Assembly (NCBI GenBank): GCA_016748015.1
Contig: JAAOMT010000128.1
Location: 2,301,538-2,365,537, forward strand
Reading direction: 5' to 3'
Source: Geosiphon pyriformis uo1
Taxonomy: Eukaryota; Fungi; Glomeromycota
DNA length: 64,000 nucleotides
Shown piece after piece: positions 12,655 through 21,778 of this stretch. Numbering within the stretch: position 1 is the stretch's first letter; the number at the start of each line of letters is the position of its first letter. A program made the position numbers and the translations under genes. The notes under the pieces were generated by a model. It worked only from the letters and a program-made list of their open reading frames with translations. It was not told where the DNA came from and ran no database searches.

Positions 12655-14117
12655 CAGGTTGAAATCTGAGATAACAAATAGTAAAACCTGCGATGATCAG
12701 CCATGTAATGTAAAACCTGCGATAGATTGGATAGATTGGGTAAAACCTGCGATAAATTAGTAAAACCTGCAATAGGGTAAAAACCTGTAAACCCCGTGAT
12801 TGTATCAAGTGAGAAAATGAAATATATAAAATGTGTAAAGAAGGTAAAGATACATTATCTTTACTACCATAACATTATCACTAATGGGCGATTATGCTTT
12901 GTCTACTAGCTCTATTGAAACAAAAAAGGCCATTTGGCGCCCATTATTGCCAACTATTCGATGCATACAAGTGCCACTTATACAAGTACCCTCAGTGTTA
13001 GACTTATATATGTCTGATACGGTATCCCTAGGAGGTGGTAGTCTTATGCATAAGAAGTGGGTAAGAGATTATTATTTATATGAATTATACTTCTATACAA
13101 TAGTATTTTATTGAATATTAAGGTACGTGAAGGAGATGTAAAAGCCATTACACTTGTAAATGAAGATGCAAACAAAAATTCAAATTCAAATTTGGCATAC
13201 GTAGAATATCTTGGATGTTCCAATAGGGTATAAAATAAAGAATAATTTCTAATCAAAATTAAAAAGTATTAACTTTATCTTTATTTATAGAATGGGTGAT
13301 ACCGTATCAAAAAGACAAATCGACCAGCGACTGCCTCTGATCCTTGTCATCAATGTTACGGGAATTAGCACCATTAATGAAAAGAGGTCTCTTCAGAACA
13401 AAGATTTACCAGAAGAAATCAATTTTCCTAAAGGAAATCAAATTACAAAACAAAGGTAAATTTGAATTAAGTTTATCACTTACTGTATTTATTTATTAAT
13501 TTTTTAATATAGATATCGCCTGATGGGAGTTTCTTTTTGTAACGACATCCATCATATTGCCGATGTTCGTTTCGAAAATTTTAAAAATTCTGGCTGGTAT
13601 CAATACGATGGGTTGCAAAAAACCTACAAAGCAAGGGCAATGGCAATTGGAAGTCGCGTCCTCCTCCCAAAAGTGGTTATACAATGGATTTTGTCATCTA
13701 TGGAAAGATTTAAGTTTTTTGCAATAAAAACTGATCGTTATATGTAATAAAGAAGGACCTCTATTTTTAAGCTTACCTGTCTCAGTAATAACAGTATTAC
13801 TCGTTTGAATTTCCCATTCAAAGTTGTGCCACTTAGTTTGGTCGACTTTACAGTACCTTCAATTGGGTCTGCCCTCAAAAGGGGCCGTTGCTCTTAAAAA
13901 ATGTCTATTTATCGCAGATTTCACTTGATACAATCACGGGGTTTACAGGTTTTTACCCTATTGCAGGTTTTACTAATCTATCGCGGGTTTTACCCAATCT
14001 ATCCAATCTATCGCAGGTTTTACTAATCTATCGCAATCTATCCAATCTATCCAATCTATCACAGGTTTTACCAATCTATCGCAGGTTTTACTATTTGTTA
14101 TCTCAGATTTCACCCTG
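12655..14117. mobile_element. Non-autonomous long-TIR (foldback/hAT-like) DNA element carrying a gene fragment
   Basis: Left arm 12655-12812 (CAGGTTGAAATCTGAGATAACAAATAGTAAAACCTGCGAT...TGTATCAAGTGA) is the reverse complement of right arm 13921-14117 (...GTTATCTCAGATTTCACCCTG). Arms are built of GTAAAACCTGCGATAGATT sub-repeats. No transposase inside and no TSD found. Confidence 0.85.
12813..13713 (+). pseudogene. Intron-containing fragment of a ubiquitin-specific-protease-like (peptidase C19) gene, C-terminal half
   Basis: GT-AG introns 12844-12909, 13061-13122, 13228-13290 and 13456-13512. Spliced 3' part reads LPLILVIN...PEEINFP...RYRLMGVSFCNDIHHIADVRF...WYQYDG, then after a frameshift GYTMDFVIYGKI* (His-box-like layout). 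No Cys box, and phase conflicts upstream. Confidence 0.55.
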
Positions 14118-14208
14118 TTTATAAAAACTTGACCTTTCTACTTGTATATTTAACCCTGTCGTAATATTTTTATAAAAACTTGACCTTTCTACTTGTATAT
14201 TTAACCCT
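14118..14208 (+). repeat. 40-bp direct duplication with an 11-bp spacer
   Basis: tttataaaaacttgacctttctacttgtatatttaaccct at 14118-14157 and 14169-14208. Confidence 0.95.
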
Positions 14209-14218
14209 ATCCGTTACC

Positions 14219-16764
14219 ATGGCCAACTCATGGCACCCTTATTTTGACGAAACTGATGTAGAAGATTGGGATCTTTTACAATTTCATATAGAGTGGATCC
14301 TTGCTAATGAGGGGAATCCGGTAAACCTAGCTTACGATAAATCTTCAGACGCACTCACCAAAAGTCTCCGTGCGATTGTAAATAGTCTCTCAGACGATGA
14401 AAAAGTTACGAAACCAAAGAGCCTTTTGGCTGATATTAAAGCAAGTTTACGTTTAGTATGATTTTTTTTGAATGCTATATCATAATAAGAGTTTCTATAT
14501 GAAACAAATATTGGCTGTTATACGGACATAATTCAATGTTTCATCTATAACAAGGAGGCGTGGCTTTTAGCTCGTTGTAGTCTCTGGTTTCTATCAGTGA
14601 GAAGAAACTCTAAATGTCTGTTAGGCATCCATGGCTAGGAATTATGACTTTTAGCTGTTCTTCTGACGGGCTGTGGCTTGATATAACACTTGTTGCTATT
14701 GGTTCGCAGAAAATATTTTGTTCATTAAGATCAAACTAATAAAATTTTTTTAATGTTTGTTAGAATCAACGGAAAAAAGGCAACGATATAGATAAACTTT
14801 GGCTTACCATTGAAAACCAAATGTGTGCTCTTCAGATAGATAGAGAAAGAAAGAATTTGGAAATTCTTCAGGTAATAGTAATTAAGTGTATAAATATTTG
14901 AAATGAATTGTTCACAATTTTTATCTTATGATTGAATACAATGGATTAAGGTGATTACTCAAATTACAAGTCAAAGCCAATCATATGCATCTACATCGAA
15001 TGATAGTGCTCTTGCAAACTTGAAATTTACTGCAACTAAAGTAAATCAAGATCAAGAACTATTTGGGAGCAAGAAGGATGAAATCCAAACAGATTCTGAA
15101 AACAATCTGTTTTCAACATCTGAGGATGAGGTATGATAGTTCTCATTGAGAATATGTTTAATCATTAAAGTTCTACTTGTCCTAATGCTTTTTTCTGTAA
15201 ACAGTATGTATATTCACAGGAAATTTTAAACGAAGGTATAAAATTACCAGCTTCTAATAAACGAGGAAATGAAATTGAAAGAGACGATTCTGAACATAAA
15301 AAGGTAAACATTATAGGTGGTAAAAGTTACAAGAACGTAAAATCTCAAGTATATTTTCTATATTCAGGCAAGAGAGAGCCTCAAAAGTAATCTTCAACCA
15401 GAAAACAAAAGCTCTTCCTTCGAGTCTCTTCCCTCTGATGAGAATAACAAAGAACATGATGAAGACAATATGGAAATTAAATTTGATCTAACAAGTATTT
15501 CAACCGAATTACAACGTGAACCGATAGTCAAAGTATGACACATATTTAAATTTGATTCTTTTACTACATGTACCTTACAGTTTGCTGATATGGCGGTAGT
15601 ATCGTTTACAAGAACCTCTATCGATGAGACATTTACGATTAATTATTTTTTCCTTCTGTTTTTAGTGGGAAGTCGGCCACATCAATGTAACCAATCGGTT
15701 TCAGCAGTACCAGAAAGATACTGTTAAGAAGGCGGAAATAAAAGGGTTGAAATATAATAATATTTACGAACTCTTGTATGTATTCTGAAATATGTCACGT
15801 TTGACTGACAACAATTTTATTGAGCATTTTTTCTTATATTTAGAGCTTTATCGTCGATTATTGTCCTCTCCTCGCCATGTCCGTATCCTTCCTTGTTTAC
15901 AATTCAAGAGTGGAAGGAAGTTACAGAAGATAATCCTTATACTGTTCAAGAATCCTCACTTTCACCTGACATTTTGTCATCGCTTAATGAAGCATCGTTT
16001 AACCATTTTCTCGGCATGGACACATATATGGAAGGTGGAAAGTCAAAACTAAGTAGACTAGTTGCACGGTCGTTTAATGACTTGTAAGTAATATAATTTT
16101 ATAATATATACATGAGATTGTAGCCTATATAATTTTTTTTTACATCGTAGATATCACAATACTATGAATATTGCTCCGATAAAATTATCCGAAGAAGAAC
16201 ATTGTTTAAATTTTTTATATCCAATCGTTCGTCCATTTTTCGGTGGTGAAAAAGAATACGATTTAGTATTAAACCGTTCTAATGCGGGTTCCAAAAAAAG
16301 ACCGGACCTTTCATGTGTGGTAAATGGTATACCGATCTTGAATTCGGAATTTAAACCTTTNNNNNNNNNNNNNNNNNNNNTATATATATATATATTGATT
16401 TGTTTTCTGTGACAATTAGGCGATTTAATGGAATCTTACTCTATGGATCTTAAGTACGACGGTTTATACCGTTCCTGGCCATTCCTCACTACCAGGCTGG
16501 TAGTTGACAAGACTATGCTTCCGCTTGCAGGAGTTGCGATCCATCATTTGGTATCTTTAGAGGTATATGTCACATTTTCCTTGTTTATAATGAGAAATTT
16601 CACTTAATTTCATTTGCCCTTTACAATGACAGAAGCACGTTGAATCGATCGCAAAGGATTTTAAATATAGAAAAAGTTATAGTGGCAATACCACACCAAC
16701 CGAACAAATGTCTTTTATGCGTAAATTTCCAGACTCACCACAAGTAAGATTGTTACTTAAGTAA
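14219..16764 (+). CDS. Multi-exon Crinkler-like protein with N-terminal helical header and C-terminal PD-(D/E)xK restriction-endonuclease-fold domain
   Basis: Exons 14219-14440 (GC donor), 14764-14871, 14951-15130, 15205-15303, 15368-15532, 15666-15775, 15844-16083, 16151-gap, 16420-16562 and 16633-16764. All visible junctions are in phase with no stops. Motifs SEEEH...KRPDLS...NSEFKP and MDLKYDGLYR; ends PDSPQVRLLLK*. Part is hidden by the N gap. Confidence 0.85.
14488..14708 (+). ncRNA. Candidate structured intronic RNA element (four-way junction plus two hairpins), family unknown
   Basis: P1 14488-96/14603-11 (9 bp), P2 14499-506/14537-44, P3 14545-54/14571-80, P4 14581-602. Hairpin 14616-14671 and weaker hairpin 14672-14708. 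Helices abut and are rich in G-U pairs. Confidence 0.6.
16361..16380. other. Assembly gap next to a (TA)n run
   Basis: 20 N. Confidence 1.
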
Positions 16765-17621
16765 TAAAGGTCTGATATAGGCACTTCCTCTTGAGAAATA
16801 TAATTTCCATCAATCGCTATATCTCAATACACTTAATACGTTCAAATGGCTTGGACAAGTGCAGACCAATTAATTGCGAAAGTTTATAGTGTTTTATTTC
16901 GAATTTATATATAATGACATATTTTAATGTACCATGTTCGCATCACAATTATTTTCAAATGTGTATAAATCTGCATCGTTTTTATTGTAAGATATATTGA
17001 AAACGCGCGCGTGATTTTTTAACCCGCTACGAATGAATGTTTCCTTGAATAAACACAACTACTATCGCGAGGGACTTTTATTCCAATGTTCAGATAGGAT
17101 AATCGTCATTTTTTCGTCGCCACATTCGAAGAACAGATTATTCCAAAATAGTCGCCATGAACAAAATGAGATCAATTACGATATGCTATACCGCGGGGAG
17201 GGTTTGTTGTTGTCCCTCTAAGTGCTGGTTCTTTTATCGAGTTTTCTATCGCTTATTCGGGACCAAAGTCTAGATTTCTTATAATTTTTATTATAATCAT
17301 AATTGATCAGCATCAGAGAGAGCACAGACGATAGAAATTTTCGAGACCTTGTCCTCAAAAGATGACGTCTGTAACAAAGCAATAGTCCCAAGCGCTGCAC
17401 ATAGGTTTGTTACGTATCCAATGTGACAATAAATAGATTTACCAACGTGATAAAAACAAAGTAAAAAGCGCTCGAAGAAATGATAGAGGTAATGAAAAAA
17501 CATTGAAGACTAACTGTATGCTCTAAATTCAATGACTGAATTAATAAAACGCATACTGTAGGATTACATGCCTATGATAGAATTACAAAATGATAAAAAT
17601 CATATATAAGATTAACTGTAT

Positions 17622-17771
17622 ATGGAGAATGGTTCTACTGAATATGACAAAGCGATACGTTTCTTGGAGACAGGTTGCAATTGTGGTTGCTCAAAAAAGA
17701 TTCCGAGAGAAAAGTTTGCTGAATTACGTGAAGCGTTTCAAGCTCTCTCTAGATCCGAACAAGATATATTC
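17622..17771 (+). pseudogene. N-terminal fragment of a probable Sola-type DNA transposase, truncated
   Basis: MENGSTEYDKAIRFLETGCNCGCSKKIPREKFAELREAFQALSRSEQDIF resembles the GCxC..C...R..F..L...E.D N-terminus of Sola transposases. Breaks into LINE sequence at about 17772. Confidence 0.45.
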
Positions 17772-18520
17772 TTATTTAGATTACTACCAATTACAACAAA
17801 CTGACATTTATTCAAAGCTTTGGCCACTATTTCATTCACAGCTTTGGATTGAGCAAAATGTTCTTTTACAGATGTTTCAGCATAAATACCAATCACAGCC
17901 AAATGCAATTTATTTTTAAAACACAGATTTAGCACCAAACACCTCTCTTTTATCTTACACACTTTGTCCACATCCTTAACTAGATCAGAGTTTACAATAA
18001 TAGCCACCCTTACACTGACTATTTGAGATTTCTTGATTCAACTACCACTGCTTGGAGTAAGCTTGGTTTCTATAATAATTAAAATACTGTGCTTATTATA
18101 CTTGCATTAACAAACAAGATTTACTTTCTTATTAAACACATTCATATTTCTGATATTGCAAGTAGAAATATTTTACATGTAATTGGTTATTAAGAAAAAT
18201 GTAAAAAAAACCCCCCAAATTAGCAAAAACTTGATCTAATCTTATTAAAACCAAATTAATTAAGCTTTTTAAAACAATCAACTTTAATTTCAAACTGTTA
18301 ACTTTGGCAGTAAGGATTTTAGAACTGCTAAAACTTAAAAATAAAGAGTTATTAAAATTAATAACATAAAACACAAATAAATTCTTTGTATTATTTACAA
18401 TTATATTTAAATTCACATTAGAATTAAAAACAACTAAGACAATTAAAGATATAGAAAAAGTCAAAAGTATTGAAAAAAACAAATTTAATTGATAAAAAAT
18501 TCTTAATATTTAATCAAAAA
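17772..18520 (-). mobile_element. LINE fragment (APE endonuclease plus decayed ORF1 end), divergent family
   Basis: GVAIIVNSDL...LCFKNKLHLAVIGIYA...VAKALNKCQFVVIGSNLN is homologous to GVAIIMN...LFRNKLLVSVIGLYA...FVVFGGDFN. Confidence 0.75.
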
Positions 18521-18940
18521 TTTTTTTTAAAGATTATTTAAGAACAGACAAACAAAAATTTACAAATAAAATAGAAAAAACAGAAAGTATTTCTGTATTA
18601 TATGTGTTTAAATCAAATAAAAAATAATTTAAGTAGAATTTAATATACAATCATATCTGAAATAATTTATATTAAGATAATTTATAATCTGTAATAAGCC
18701 ATAGTATTTTGAATCTACCAATTTGGTAGTTAAAAAATTCTTATATTTATAATTTATATTTGTGATACTTAATAATCCATAAATTTTTATTATTAATATG
18801 AGTTATTTTAAGTGTTAAATTTAGTTTAAATTCTGCTAATTCTGATAAAATTGCAATAAAACAAACCAATATTTCTATGACTAAAAATGCTATATAATAA
18901 TATAATATCATTTATTTAATAGAATAATTATTAATCATAT

Positions 18941-19365
18941 AAGTAATTAAGTTAGAGTTTTAAATTATTCCAAGTTTTAAATTATTATCAATTATATAAG
19001 TAACCAAATTAAAGTTTTAAATTGTCCCAAGTTTTAAATTATTATTAATTTTGTAAGTAATTAAGTCAGAATTTCAAATTGTTCTAAGTTTTAAATTATT
19101 ATCAATTGTATAAGTAATCAAGTTAAAGTTTTGAATTGTTTTAAGTTCTAAATTATTATTAATTATATAAGTAATCAAGTTAAAATTTCGAATTGTTCTA
19201 AGTTTTAAATTATTACTAATCTTGTAAGTAATCAAGTTAGAGTTTTAAATTGTTTCAAGTTTTAAATTATTATTAATTGTGTGAGTAATTAAATTAAAAT
19301 TTCAAATTGTTTCAAGTTTTAAATTATTATTAATTATGTAAGTAATTAAATCAGATTTTTGAATT
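18941..19365. repeat. 57-bp minisatellite, about 7.4 copies
   Basis: Unit starts at 18941, 18998, 19055, 19112, 19169, 19226, 19283, 19340; units differ mainly by transitions. Confidence 0.95.
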
Positions 19366-19429
19366 AATTTTATATTAATTATACTTTTTTTTTGTCTTTT
19401 AATTCTATTATATCTAATAACAAAAAGCA

Positions 19430-20950
19430 TGTTATCTTTTTAGTTTATATTCTACAAAGTTGTAAAAATGCTATATTTTATAATAAGTTTATAATGCTTA
19501 ATTAATATTATACAAATAATAAAAACCAATTAAAAATTGCAAAACACTTTAAAAAAAATGGTTTTCTATACATAAAACAATCTCTAATTTTGGCTTGAAT
19601 CAAAGATAAATCAAATTTTTATGCACAAGTAAATATAATATATAAATTAACTAGCAAGTATATATGTACAATATATAATCTTGACTTTAATAAAGCATTT
19701 GTTATTTTTGTTTAAGAAACAAAATCATATAGAATAATATTTACTGAAAATATAATTCAAGTTGTTAACATAAAATTTTATGATTAATTAAATATTTCAG
19801 AAAATAAACACCAAAAACTATCTAATAGTTGACTTGAAAACTTTAAAAATCATGTTGAATTACATTTACTTTACTTTTATAATAATAGATTATTAGTCAA
19901 TATTGAGTATATTAAAAATAAACAAGTACATATAATGACATTTTTTGCTAATTAGAAGTTATATAATATTTTCAACATAAATAAAACTACCAAATTGAGA
20001 TCTTGCTACAATACTATATTATGGCATTAAACAATTAAAAATATAATTAACACTTGTTTTTATAACTAATGCTAATAGAATTAAGTATTTATTATTACTT
20101 ATTATTAATTATGCTAAATATTTATAATGTTTTCAAAAAAAACAAAAAGCAACTTGGTTTTCAATATTATTTAAATATTTATGTTTGAATAATTAATAAT
20201 ATTTTTTAACAGTAATTTGTTAATTGAGTGTAAAAAAAACTAAAACATATTGTTATTAATAAACAATTTTGCTAATCACAATTATAATATAAGATTTATT
20301 ACAAATATTTATATAGAACAGTTTGTATTTAACTAAACAGCACATATTTAACATATGAATACTAAAATTATTCATTGTTTTAAGGCATATTACTATTATT
20401 ATTATTTTTGTTATATATTAAATCTTTTTAATAATAATGCTAATAATATTTATGTAATTAATTAACTTTATATAATGTATTTAATTTATAGGGCATAAAA
20501 AAATGTTTTAAATAAAATAATTGTCTATTGTTAATACAAAGTTAGTATTTTTCTAATCAACACAAATGACAATTTTTAAAATAAAACTACAAACTTAAAA
20601 ATAATAATTAATTATAATTAAGAGATAATATTAAAAAATATTAAGAATTACTACAAAAAATTCAATTTTATACAGCCAAATTATACATACTTAAACTTAA
20701 AAAAACTCATAATTTGTAATAATCTATAATAATTTATATTTATTAAGGATATAGATTATTTCAAATTTGACTGTAATTTATCTTAAAAAAATTATTAATA
20801 CTATTTAAACTTAAAATCTGTTATCAAAAATAATTGGTTTTAAGATAAAAACATTTTTTTTAATATAAAACAAATTAATTATAAGTAATTATTATTTAAA
20901 AATAACTTTTTAAAATTTTTCTTAAAAATAAAAACAGTAGTTTTAAAAAA
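19430..20950 (+). mobile_element. Hypermutated pogo/Tigger (CENP-B HTH + DDE_1) transposase relic
   Basis: Motifs in order: LSNS*LENFK (SNGWL..FK, about 19820), FNINKT (FNMDET), ITNAN (TNADG), LLLINNFANH (LLLMDNFAGH), TAHI*HMNTKIIHCFKAYY (TAHIQPMDAGII..FKAHY). Confidence 0.8.
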
Positions 20951-21778
20951 ATATTTATATTACCAAAAACCAAAATTATGTAATAAACAAGATTTAAAAT
21001 TGTCTTAAAACTAAAATAAATAATTATATGTTTTTTTTACCAACTTTTTTCAAAAAAATACTCAAATTATATACAATTATATTTATAAATAAAATAAATA
21101 AAAGTGTTCTAAAGCAATTTTTAAATAATTAAGTATTCTAATTTTTAATAGTTTTAATTACTTATATTAAAATTTTTTTAATTAAAAAAAACTATTTTAA
21201 AATCAAAAAATTAGCTTAACTTAATTTAACAAATTTTATTACAGCTTTTTACTATACTCTAATAAGTTGTAATCAAATAAATATTATTTTATTAAATATT
21301 AATAAAGCTGTAAAAATCATTTTTTTTTAAATTTTTTTGATTATTACAATCTGATTTAAATAAAATTTTTGTTTTTTAAGACTAATATTTATAGTAATCT
21401 TCTTTTTTTAGCCAAAAATAATATTTGGTTTAAACTTTTCTATAAAATAAAAATAGATCAAATAATTTTTTCAAATTTTAAAAAAATAGTAATTTTTTTA
21501 AATTTATTTATTAACAAAAAAATTTGCTTAATAATTTATACTTTTGTTATAACCAACTTTTTTTTAATAACTAAGAAATTAATATTTAGAACATAAAATT
21601 TTTTGATAAAAACTTTTATATAAGTCTTTATAATTTTAAAATTTTTTTTTTTTTTTAGTATTTAATGAGTGAAGTCCAATTGCTATCTAGTACATAGAAC
21701 CAAACTAAGTGGCTCAAACTAAATGCGACTCACACAATGACTACATGTGACTAGCCACTCAGGCCAGACTAGGCAACA

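Noticed and set aside
12681-12790. GTAAAACCTGCGAT repeats with short variable spacers as a CRISPR-like array
   Set aside because: Spacers are tiny and themselves repetitive; the array is mirrored at 13940-14090 as TIR sub-repeats; no cas genes
14480-14620. U1/U11 snRNA, TPP riboswitch or hammerhead identity for the intronic structure
   Set aside because: Topology is U1/U11-like but the splice-site-pairing 5' end and Sm site are missing; TPP and hammerhead cores are absent
17069-17218. GAGGGAC...GTCCCTC as MITE or Sola termini
   Set aside because: Only 7 bp and no TSD
21240-21312. TACAGCTTT/AAAGCTGTA inverted pair as pogo TIRs
   Set aside because: 9 bp, both on the same side of the transposase; no left partner found
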